Positions 32,131-40,646 of a stretch of DNA of 64,000 nt are shown in pieces. The stretch comes from an uncultured Alphaproteobacteria bacterium (GTDB lineage Bacteria > Pseudomonadota > Alphaproteobacteria > Rhizobiales > Xanthobacteraceae): NCBI GenBank assembly GCA_963706265.1, contig CAVPLO010000004.1:1171458-1235457 (forward strand), given 5' to 3'. A model generated the notes under the pieces. That model was not told the DNA's origin. It made no database searches and saw nothing but the letters and a program-made list of their open reading frames with translations. The translations under genes were made by a program, and so were the position numbers. The stretch's first letter is position 1. Each line of letters starts with the position of its first letter.

Positions 32131-33381
32131 CTAGCTGGCGGCGTAGGCGCGCCGCATCGGCTTGAGTGCGGCCAGCGCCAGAACGCCCGTTAGCGCGTCC
32201 ATCGCAATCACGATCGCGAAAACCGGCAGCCAACTGCCGGTCTGCTCCCGCAAAAGCGCGGCGAGCGGGCCGCCGAGGATCGAGCCGATGCCTTGGGCGA
32301 TGTAGAGCAGCCCATAGTTCGTGGTCGCGTGCTTGGCGCCGAACGTGTCGGTCAGGGTTGACGGGAACAGCGAGAAGATTTCACCCCAGCCGAAGAACAC
32401 GACGCCGGAAAGAAGCACAAACGCCAGCGCATTGTTGCGAGACAGGAGCATCAGCAGGACGGCTGCGGCTTCCATCAGGAAAGCGATCGCCATGGTGTTT
32501 TCACGGCCGATTCGATCCGACAGCCAGCCGAAGAACGGCCGCGTCAATCCGTTGGTGATACGGTCGATGTTGAGCGCGAGCGGCAGCGCCGCCATTCCGA
32601 ACACGGTGACGCTGGTTACGCCAAAGTCGCGCGAAAACGCCCCGAACTGCGAAATGACCATCAACCCGCCGGTCGACATCATCGTCATCATGAAGAACAT
32701 CAGCCAGAACACGTTGCTGCGCAGCATCTGATCCGGCGGCGTTCCGGTGCGCGATACCTCGACCGTCGGCTGCGGCAGGACATCGTCGGCCGTCGGCAGG
32801 CGCAGCGCCAGCGCGGCCGCCGCACCGACAAGACCCAGAATGATGCCGAACACGATCAGCGTGTGCTGGTAGCCGCTCGCGTTGATCATGTTGTAGATCG
32901 GCGTGTTGGTCAGCAGCGCGCCAAAGCCGTAGCCTGCGGCGACGACGCCTGTGGCGAAGCCGCGCCGGTCGGGAAACCAGCGGACCATCAGACCGACGAC
33001 GCCGACATAGACGATGCCGGTGCCGACGCCGCAGAACAGACCGTAAGTCAGATAGAGGCCGGTCAAGGTGGTGGCATAGCCGGCCGTGATCCAGCCGAGG
33101 CCCGACAGCAGGCAGCCGCTGGCGATCAATAGCCGCGCGCCGAACCGGTCAACCAGATAACCCTGCAGCGGCGACAGAAACGTCTGCAAGACGATCAGGA
33201 GCGTGAAGGTTACCTGGAGTGCCGATAGATGGACGCCCAGGCTATCTTGAAGCGGCTTGGTGAAGAAAGCCCAGCCATATTGCGGACTGGAGATCGACAT
33301 CATCGCGATCAGTCCCAGTACGAGCTGGATCCAGCGTGTGGACGTCGCGGATTGAGCCGATACTCCGCTTACTGTGGTCAT
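32131..33381 (-). CDS. oxlT: Oxalate/formate antiporter family MFS transporter
   Basis: SSPQYGW, WFPDRRGFATG, TRPFFGW, GEIFSLFPS; stop TAG within CTAG. Confidence 0.82.
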   Translation of the reverse strand: MTTVSGVSAQSATSTRWIQLVLGLIAMMSISSPQYGWAFFTKPLQDSLGVHLSALQVTFTLLIVLQTFLSPLQGYLVDRFGARLLIASGCLLSGLGWITAGYATTLTGLYLTYGLFCGVGTGIVYVGVVGLMVRWFPDRRGFATGVVAAGYGFGALLTNTPIYNMINASGYQHTLIVFGIILGLVGAAAALALRLPTADDVLPQPTVEVSRTGTPPDQMLRSNVFWLMFFMMTMMSTGGLMVISQFGAFSRDFGVTSVTVFGMAALPLALNIDRITNGLTRPFFGWLSDRIGRENTMAIAFLMEAAAVLLMLLSRNNALAFVLLSGVVFFGWGEIFSLFPSTLTDTFGAKHATTNYGLLYIAQGIGSILGGPLAALLREQTGSWLPVFAIVIAMDALTGVLALAALKPMRRAYAAS

Positions 33382-33598
33382 TTTGTTGCCCCCCGACCTG
33401 TTTGTCGCGCAGCCTATTCTGCCGCTGCCTTTGTGCAAAAACTGTACCACGCGCCGCTCCAAGTGCAATGCAGGGCATATGATCCGATCGTATGAGGACG
33501 CGGAGCGCGCGGTCCGAACGGGCTTTTTCCGCTCGCCTTGATGGAGAAAAATCGCTTGGGAAGCAATTGGGGAGAGCACAAAGATACGTGCTCACGTC

Positions 33599-33766
33599 CT
33601 CGTGGTCCTATTCCAACATTCGCATCCCTTCTCAGCGGGCACTTTTGCGAATGTGAGAATCAAAGGACCACTAGCCACTATGAGATTCTAGTGGAGTTTT
33701 GGATTTGACACTCGCATGACGAACCCGCGGCAAGGTAGGTAGCGAATGTCAAATCCACTCCGCTAG
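33599..33766 (-). mobile_element. Twin bulged-hairpin element, AB subtype (inverted)
   Basis: Reverse-complement homolog of 21238-21405, 168 bp; 13-nt linker at 33675-87 between two CTAGs. Confidence 0.8.
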
Positions 33767-33859
33767 CGCAGTGGGCGGCCAGCGCATTTGCGGCCGGCGG
33801 TTGTCCCGGTCGATACGCAGAGTTTGAGGCAGGTATGTTTCGGAGACTTCTGTTCGCTT

Positions 33860-34025
33860 GGCAGAGCGGTTCTGACATTCGTATCCTGTCGCGGCAGTCG
33901 CTTTTTTACGAATGTCAGAACCAAAGGGACACTCGCAACCATATGATTTTAGTGTGGCTTTGACTCTGGCCTTCCTTCGACCAACTCGCGGCGACACCGA
34001 AAGGAACGTCGGTGTCGCCATCCTG
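33860..34025 (-). repeat. Degenerate twin-hairpin element of a third subtype
   Basis: 16-bp stem GGTTCTGACATTCGTA/TACGAATGTCAGAACC plus AAA bulge; linker (minus strand) AATCATATGGTTG; decayed second hairpin with TTT bulge. Confidence 0.55.
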
Positions 34026-34796
34026 GCGCTCTTGCTTGTGGCCCTCGCCGGCGCGCCCTCGAGGGGGGCGTCTGCGGCCAATGGCGACCGCAACCGAATC
34101 ATCGCTTTGAACGAAAAGTCCTGCGCCGACATGAGGTTGCACAAGACGCTGAGGGTCGGCAGCGTCGTCGATTGCCAGCGGCTGATGCTTTTGAAATTTG
34201 ACTATTTCGGTTTCGACGGTCGGGTACATGACGACGGCGAACTGGTGGTCCTGGATGCAACCGCCGATCATGTTGCGAACATCTTCAATGCATTGCTCGA
34301 GATGCATTTCCCGATCCAACAAGCCAAATTGCTGAACCATTACGATGGCGACGATGACGCATCGATGGCAGACAACAACACGTCGGCGTTCAACGACCGG
34401 ATGGTCGCGGGAGGAACCAGCCTTTCAGTTCATGCCTACGGTCTGGCGATAGATTTGAACCCGATCCAAAATCCGTTCCTGCAAAAGGAACACGGCGCGC
34501 TGCAGGTCAGTCCCAAAGCCGGCGAGAGTTACCTGAACCGCGCCGACGTTCGTCCGGGAATGGCTGAGGCCGTCGTCGACCTTTTTGCGGAAAACGGCTT
34601 CCCGATCTGGGGAGGGGATTGGAAAAACCCGATTGACTATCAACATTTTCAGGTCCGGCGCGATGTTGCCAGGCGCTTGGCGGAATCATCGAGCGCAAGC
34701 GCGAAGGCGATTTTTGAAATGCAGATTGAGCAGTATCGTCGTTGCCGCCGGGCAGGTCAGGGTAGAAGGGCTTGTGCCGCCCATGCCCCTGCCTAG
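33912..34796 (+). CDS. M15 family metallopeptidase (D,D-carboxypeptidase / L-Ala-D-Glu peptidase-like); start uncertain
   Basis: NNTSAFN.R, SVHAYGLAIDLNP..NP, WGGDW...DYQHF. Confidence 0.85.
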   Translation: MSEPKGHSQPYDFSVALTLAFLRPTRGDTERNVGVAILALLLVALAGAPSRGASAANGDRNRIIALNEKSCADMRLHKTLRVGSVVDCQRLMLLKFDYFGFDGRVHDDGELVVLDATADHVANIFNALLEMHFPIQQAKLLNHYDGDDDASMADNNTSAFNDRMVAGGTSLSVHAYGLAIDLNPIQNPFLQKEHGALQVSPKAGESYLNRADVRPGMAEAVVDLFAENGFPIWGGDWKNPIDYQHFQVRRDVARRLAESSSASAKAIFEMQIEQYRRCRRAGQGRRACAAHAPA

Positions 34797-34961
34797 AGCT
34801 CCGATTCCGAAGTTCGCATGATATCGCGGCAACCTCTGATGCGAACTTCGGAATCAAAGGAGCTCTAGTAACTTATTGATTTGAGTAGCGGCCTTGAATT
34901 TGAAGTTCCTATGACGAACCCGCTGCAACCACTGATAGGAACTTCAAATTCGCCGCACTAG
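34793..34961 (-). mobile_element. Twin bulged-hairpin element, CD subtype (inverted)
   Basis: Base-for-base reverse complement of 21402-21570. Confidence 0.88.
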
Positions 34962-35423
34962 CTCATTCTGCCAGGCCGAGACACCCGTTCGGCGCGGCGA
35001 TCGGCGGAAAAAGCCAAAAGCCCGGATGCGGCAAGGGAACTGATCAGAAATTTGACCGAGCCCGCTTGCCATTCCGGTTCCTCGATCGCAGGGTTTGCAG
35101 CGCAACACAGCTCGGATGGTGCCATCGTGGAGGCTGAGGCGCGTGGCCCGCGCCCGACGGACAAGGGAACATGGCGACCCAACGGACCAGGTCGCGTCGG
35201 ACCATGATGGAATAACGCTTTTGCAAAGCTGCTTCGCCTCTGCCGTCGCGGTGCCAGTCTGCGAGTTCCATTTTAGGACAGGGCTGCTGTCTTGGGTGCG
35301 CGTCAAAATTATCCTAAGTTATTTCCAAATAGATCGAGCCATGTACGCTCAATCTTGGCGGCGACAAGCGTCAGGAGGCTGCTGAAGTACAAGTAGTGTG
35401 TTCATTGGAACGGCTGCTAAGCG

Positions 35424-36155
35424 ATGTCGAGTGAGTCCGCTGTACCGACCTATATCGTGCAAAGCGATGGCCTGTTCCGGGAAGGTCTTCGACTAATACT
35501 GTCCAAGACGCGCTTTCGTCCCCACGGTTGCGCCATCGACTTGGAGGATCTCACCGAAATCCCCGACGACGGGCCTATCCTGTTCATCGTGGCGGTAGAC
35601 TTAAACCACGCCATCATCTGCAGCAAGATTCGGAGCCGGTATCCGCTCGCCTCCATCGTGGCGGTTGCCGATGAGAACAACCCACGCTCGCTCGCAAGCG
35701 CGCTGGACGATGGAGCAAACGCAGCGATCTTCAACACCGTCAGCCCCAGTGACCTCGTCAGTACGCTGCAGGCGGTCATCAATGGCAAGCTCATTCTCAT
35801 AGACGCTCGTCTCTGGCCGCTGGAAATCCAGCCAAAAGCCGAAGACCCACCGTCGCCGCCCCTCAGCAACGAAGTGCTTTGGGATGTCGCCGACGAGCCC
35901 CAGCCTGTGAAGCTGTCCGCACGAGAGATCGCAATCCTTGAGCGCATCGTTCGGGGCGATTCGAACAAGCAGGTCGCACGATTCTTTGGGATCGCGGAGC
36001 CGACCGTGAAGGCGCATGTGAAGGCGATCTTGAGAAAGATCGGCGCCAGCAATCGTACACAGGCTGCGATCTGGGCGTTTAATCATCGCTTATTCGACCA
36101 GGCCGGCGAGGGGCAAGCCGGGCTTCCGATATTGCTCGACGAAACGGCCCGATGA
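35424..36155 (+). CDS. NarL/LuxR-type regulator with degenerate receiver domain
   Basis: LFREGLRLIL; C-terminal LSAREIAIL..IVRGDSNKQVA......TVKAHVKAILRKIGASNRTQAA. Confidence 0.85.
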   Translation: MSSESAVPTYIVQSDGLFREGLRLILSKTRFRPHGCAIDLEDLTEIPDDGPILFIVAVDLNHAIICSKIRSRYPLASIVAVADENNPRSLASALDDGANAAIFNTVSPSDLVSTLQAVINGKLILIDARLWPLEIQPKAEDPPSPPLSNEVLWDVADEPQPVKLSAREIAILERIVRGDSNKQVARFFGIAEPTVKAHVKAILRKIGASNRTQAAIWAFNHRLFDQAGEGQAGLPILLDETAR

Positions 36156-36174
36156 GTGCTTCAGCCCCGGCTAG

Positions 36175-36343
36175 CCAGTGCGGCGAATTTGAAGTTCCTA
36201 TCAGTTTCCACTGCAACTACTTTATAGGAACTTCAAATTCAAAGCCGCACCAGAAGCCTATATTTACTAGGAGCTCCTTTGATTCCGAAGTTCGCATCAG
36301 AGGTTGCTGCGAATGCTTGCGAACTTCGGAATCGGAGCTCTAG
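36175..36343 (+). mobile_element. Twin bulged-hairpin element, CD subtype
   Basis: Same stems as 21402-21570 with different loops; linker AAGCCTATATTTA. Confidence 0.82.
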
Positions 36344-36438
36344 TGGTCCAGTTCAAACCTTCGCATCCCTTCTCAGCGGACATTCGCATTCTGAACCTGC
36401 GGCCAGGTGGGTAGCGAATGTCAAATCCACTGCGCTAG
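36340..36438 (-). repeat. Internally deleted AB element (inverted)
   Basis: Outer B arm fused to an A hairpin; shares a CTAG with the preceding element and with the stop of the next ORF. Confidence 0.7.
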
Positions 36439-37067
36439 CCGGCAGGTGCCTTCCGGTCCGGCCATCGCGGGCGCGGGCCCGGATCCTTACCTGCGTGCCT
36501 GACAGTCGCAACCTCGACGACGGATGCGACGGCAAGGACGAGCGCGACGAACAGCGCGAATTGCTTCGCGCTTTCGAACGGCCCGGCCGGCGATGGCGGC
36601 TCCGAAATGCGCTTCGGCTCGAGCTCGCTCAGGTCGAGCCGAAGCATGTCCGCGTCGACCCAGCGATCCGACAGCGTCGCCTCCCGCATCGGCGCGAGCA
36701 TTTTTTCCGGAACTCTGACAGGCACTTCCTCGCGGGAAGGGTGATGGTTGTAAGTCCAGCATCCATCGCCGTCCTTCACGAGCCGCTGCGCCGGCCATGT
36801 CCTCGCCGCTTCGGCCTGGTCGAGGCAATGACGAGACGCTTGCGCCATCGTCGTGCTGGCCAGCAGCAGGACGGCCAGCGCTGCGGCGAGCGGCGGAAGA
36901 CCATGTTGGAGGCGTACATAGTTTCCGACACTCGCCGCGTCGCCCGCGCCGATGACGTTATCGGGGTCGCGCCATTGCGCGAAGCACTCCCGGCAAATCA
37001 TGGCGTCCCCATGCCAGAACGAAGCCTTGACGTCACCCACATCGCGCCGGCATGAATCACAGATCAT
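36435..37067 (-). CDS. Hypothetical protein with N-terminal CxxC...CxxC and two hydrophobic segments
   Basis: CDSC...CREC; ATGA overlap with the upstream ORF. Confidence 0.55.
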   Translation of the reverse strand: MICDSCRRDVGDVKASFWHGDAMICRECFAQWRDPDNVIGAGDAASVGNYVRLQHGLPPLAAALAVLLLASTTMAQASRHCLDQAEAARTWPAQRLVKDGDGCWTYNHHPSREEVPVRVPEKMLAPMREATLSDRWVDADMLRLDLSELEPKRISEPPSPAGPFESAKQFALFVALVLAVASVVEVATVRHAGKDPGPRPRWPDRKAPAG

Positions 37068-37282
37068 CGCTGCGCCTCGTCAATGATGCGTTGGAGCTCC
37101 GCGCGGGTTTCGCGCTGCTTCAGCTCGTTGACCAGCTCTTCGCCGGCCCGGCTGTCCGGGCCGGAATAAAACCGCGCCTGCTCGGTCGGATCGCCGTCCG
37201 TCCTCGTCGCCATGCAACCTCCAAGCATGACCGAGAGCAGCACGATGAGGGGTGGTGCCGCGACCAGGAGGTATGGCACCAC
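37064..37282 (-). CDS. Small putative lipoprotein
   Basis: Hydrophobic stretch ending LGGC; GTG start inferred. Confidence 0.45.
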   Translation of the reverse strand: MVPYLLVAAPPLIVLLSVMLGGCMATRTDGDPTEQARFYSGPDSRAGEELVNELKQRETRAELQRIIDEAQR

Positions 37283-37293
37283 CCTGTACACGA

Positions 37294-37749
37294 TCAGGTC
37301 GCCATGTCGGCGGTTTTCGCCGCGATCTTGTCCCGGAACGTCCCGCATAGCTGGCGGACTTCGTCCGTCGCGCTGGAGCAGGATTCGATTTCGTTGAAGA
37401 TGCGCCTGCCCTCCTTGCGATAGCGCGCCGCCGTGGTCTTGATCTCCTTGAGCATGTCGGAAGCCGACGTGGTGAGCTGCTCGCAGCGCTGGGCCATTTC
37501 TTTCACGAATTCGCCCACGGCTTCGATTTCCTTCGCGGTCACCTCGTATTCCTTGACAATGGCCTCGGCCGAGAGCTTGCCGATCTCGGTTGCGTCGTCG
37601 TGATGGCTGACATAGTCCGGAACCGCCGGGGGCCGCGGCATGGACTCCACCGCCTGGATGTGTGGGGGCCTTTGTTGCACGGCTTCCCGGATGTCTCCTT
37701 CGAGCTCGTTAACGTTGAAGGGCTTTACCGCAACGTTCTGTCCTCTCAT
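37294..37749 (-). CDS. Hypothetical coiled-coil protein
   Basis: ATG after GAGGAG; helical, strongly coding-like codon pattern. Confidence 0.7.
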   Translation of the reverse strand: MRGQNVAVKPFNVNELEGDIREAVQQRPPHIQAVESMPRPPAVPDYVSHHDDATEIGKLSAEAIVKEYEVTAKEIEAVGEFVKEMAQRCEQLTTSASDMLKEIKTTAARYRKEGRRIFNEIESCSSATDEVRQLCGTFRDKIAAKTADMAT

Positions 37750-37924
37750 TGTACTCGCTCCTCTGACAATGTTCTGGCTTCAAAAGCTGGCTGCTCTGCC
37801 TCCAGCCCGTAGATCGCCGAGCCAGTGCCTCGGCTCGAGGCGCTGTACGACCCGGCAATTCTTGAATTCCGAAGAGGTTACTGATTCACCCGACTAGTCC
37901 CCGCATCTCTCGATCTCGTGCTCG

Positions 37925-38113
37925 CTAGATTGATTTCACGCCGTCGTCCCAGGCGTATTCCTCGCACGTCGCACACCGGTACATACGGACGGTGTCGCCA
38001 TGTTGGGAATCGAGAATTGAATAGGCTAAATGAGGATGCCCTCCGCATCTTCGGCAACGGAGCCGGCGGAAATCCGTTGGATACTCAATTCGCGGTACGT
38101 CGCTGTCCATCAT
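37925..38113 (-). CDS. Small Zn-ribbon hypothetical protein
   Basis: CRRCGG...MYRCATC; stop TAG within CTAG. Confidence 0.55.
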   Translation of the reverse strand: MMDSDVPRIEYPTDFRRLRCRRCGGHPHLAYSILDSQHGDTVRMYRCATCEEYAWDDGVKSI

Positions 38114-38218
38114 GGCGCGAGCGCTTTTCCAGCCAGACCCAAAGTCGCGCCGATTGATCGTGGCAAAACCGGTAGAATTGCGTCTTTTCAACGGGGCTTA
38201 TTGACTAGTCCGTCTGGA

Positions 38219-38299
38219 CTAGTGGAGTGGATTTGACATTCGCTACCCACCTGGCCGCGAGTTCGTGAAACGCGAATGTCAAATCCCAAACTCCACTCG
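38219..38299 (+). repeat. Single A-type bulged hairpin
   Basis: ctagtggagtggatttgacattcgc...gcgaatgtcaaatcc-caa-actccact. Confidence 0.8.
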
Positions 38300-38317
38300 T
38301 CAGCGCGTGAAGACATC

Positions 38318-38438
38318 GCCAAGCGCGATTCTCAAGCGAACGAGCGGGCAACGCCTCGGACCATGTCATCGCGCTTTTTTGCGTGAGCATGATCTTTTCG
38401 GAAAAACCGCCACACACTTTTTCCGGATCACGCTTTAG
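38318..38438 (-). repeat. RIME/Bru-RS/CIR-like repeat (E), inverted
   Basis: aagcgcgat...atcgcgctt and gcatgatcttttcggaaaa...ttttccggatcacgctttag. Confidence 0.65.
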
Positions 38439-38491
38439 CGCCGGAAATGGCCATGGCTACACGTGCCGGTGCGGTCTACCTGGCGGCGGAA

Positions 38492-39329
38492 TCACCACTG
38501 CGATTGCCATTGTCCCTGCCGGCCGGCCTGATCGACCTTGACCGCGACCGTCATCGTCTCGGTGCCGCCGCCATAGCGGGTGCCGCGCACGGGTGCGGCG
38601 CCGAGATAATCAAGACCAAGCGCTACGCGGGCATGGGCGTCGGTGGCGCAAATCGCGTTGGCCGGATCGAAGGCGACCCAGCCGAGAGGTGGCACATAGG
38701 CCTCGGCCCAGGCGTGGCCTGCCTGCTGGTTCACCATGCCGTCGGAGCGCAGAAAGTGCCCGGAGATGAAGCGCGCGGGCACGCCGACCGAACGAGCGCA
38801 GGCGATGAAGATATGCGCGTAATCCTGGCACACGCCGCGCTTCAAGGCGAACGCTTCGGCCGCCGATGTCCCGGTGTTGGTGGGATCCTGATCGAACGTC
38901 ATGTGGTCGTTGATCTGGAGCATCAGGGCATGCAGGAAGCCGAGCACGTCTTTTTCCGAACTCCGAACGCAGTTCGCGCGAGAACGCCTCCATGGCCGCA
39001 TTGACGCCGGTCAGCGGCGTCGTTCGCAGGAACAGGCTGGGAGGAAAGCGCTCGTCGGTGCCGCGCAACACGCCGCCGGTGTCGTGGGTTTCGATCAGGC
39101 CTTCGACCGTGACGGTGAGGTCGGCGATCGCACCCTCGGTCAGCACATGGGTGACGTTGCCGAAGGCGTCCTGGCGCACATGGAGGCGGGAGTCGGTGGA
39201 AACGTCGATCTGCCATTCGGCCACATATTGCCCGTCATGGCTGCCCGGCGTCATCCGCAGAACCTGGGTGATGCCGGTCGCCGCCGGCTGGTAGCGATAA
39301 GTCGTGGAATGGGCGATGCGCAGGCGCAT
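38492..39329 (-). CDS. Transglutaminase-like protein (frameshift at ~38960, probably an artefact)
   Basis: MRLRIAHSTTYRY; GVCQDYAH, HAWAE, WVAFDPAN catalytic motifs. Confidence 0.88.
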
Positions 39330-39363
39330 GAGGCGTACCGAAAGGGAACGAAGGTTAGGAGAT

Positions 39364-39447
39364 CGTCATTGCGAGGAGTGAAGCGACGAAGCAATCCATC
39401 GGGCGACAAAATGCAGGCTGGATTGCTTCGCTGCGCTCGCAATGACG
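39364..39447. repeat. REP-like palindrome, copy 2
   Basis: cgtcattgcgag...gcaatcc / ggattgc...ctcgcaatgacg. Confidence 0.8.
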
Positions 39448-39475
39448 GCGTAGGGTTGTGGTTATACCAGACTGT

Positions 39476-40421
39476 TCAGACCAGATACTGCTTGGTGATG
39501 ATTTCACCAAGCCTTGAATTGTCGGCGATGAATTCCTGGATGAATTCATGCACGCCGTGCTGGAAGATGTCGTCCATATTGCTGTGTTCCAGCCGGTTGC
39601 GGACGCCGCGCGCGTGGCGCTGGGAGGCGCCCTGGCGGCCATAGGCGACCCCGATCTGGTCGAGGTTGCGCACGAGATTTCCGTAGCAGCTCGCCAGTGA
39701 ACGCGGCAGTGAATCGTTGAGGATCAGCAGGTCGGCGATCAGCCAGGGTTTCAGCGTCTCGCGATAGACCCAGTGGTAGGCGGTCAGCGCCGACACCGAG
39801 CGCAGGATCGAGGTCCATTGATAGTAATCGAGCGGACCGCCGACATGTTCCTCCTCGGGCAAGAGCACATGGTATTTGACGTCGAGAATGCGGGCGGTGT
39901 TGTCGGCGCGTTCCAGGTGAAGGCCAAGGCGCGAGAACCAGTAGGCGTCGTTGCGCAGCATGGTGCGGTAGGCCGAGCCGTCGAAGCGCAGCGAAGTTTC
40001 CTGCACGAAGCGCAGGAACCGCGCCAGCTCCTCGCGGGTCTTGGTACCTTTGCCCCAGACTTCCTGGAGTTCGATCCATGCCGAGTTGATGGTGTCCCAC
40101 ATCTCGCTCGTGAGCGCGGTGCGCACCGAACGCGAATTGAGCCGGGCCGAACTCGATGCAGTTCTTGATCGAGGAGGGGTTGGCGGCATTGAACGACAGG
40201 TAGTCGACGACGTTGTGCTCGTTGGCCTCGCTATAGACGCCGTAGAAGCCATGGCTGACGCCGGCGGTGAGTAGCGCCGATTCCCATTCGTTGGTCTTGC
40301 CGATATAGGCCGCGGGCAGCGCCGTGACGCGCAGCGTCGCGTCGATGGTGCGCGCGATATATTCGGCCCGTTCGACATAGCGGGCGAGCCAGTAGAGGTT
40401 TTCGGCGGTACGCGACAGCAT
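39476..40421 (-). CDS. Alpha-E domain protein (frameshift at ~40151, probably an artefact)
   Basis: MLSRTAENLYWLARYVERAE; second frame LERADNTARILDVKY, PRSL. Confidence 0.88.
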
Positions 40422-40451
40422 CTCGTATTCTATTCGAGCGTTGGTGGTTCA

Positions 40452-40615
40452 CCTCCCCCTGAAAGGGGAGAGCTTGCCCCGACCCGATCGGGGGTCGGCG
40501 TACCCGGATCGGCGCTTCGCGCCGTCTGGGCATAAACATTGCGCCGGGAGGGGGGTCATTCTTCGATGCAACCATTGACCCCCACCCCAACCCTCCCCCT
40601 TGCAGGGGGAGGGGG
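40452..40615. repeat. REP-like cluster (ctccccct...ggggag family)
   Basis: Palindromes such as ccctcccccttgcagggggaggg; same family at 48070-48219. Confidence 0.7.
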
Positions 40616-40646
40616 CGCATCGAGCAAATCGGTTGACGAACGAATC

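Noticed and set aside
36279-37055. ORFs sharing peptides such as IPKFASEVAA, ANVKST and VDLTFAT (also 20627-21304, 33678-33878, 34507-34857, 38205-38417)
   Set aside because: These are translations of the hairpin elements, not a protein family.
36435-38113. Prophage
   Set aside because: No structural, terminase, integrase or replication genes recognisable.
33599-38438. Classical integron/attC array
   Set aside because: No intI; hairpin ends are CTAG rather than RYYYAAC/GTTRRRY; genes and elements are in mixed orientations.
38492-40421. Programmed frameshifting or pseudogenisation of alpha-E and transglutaminase
   Set aside because: No slippery runs; both breaks fall at the same GAACTC motif as three unrelated genes, which points to a systematic error.
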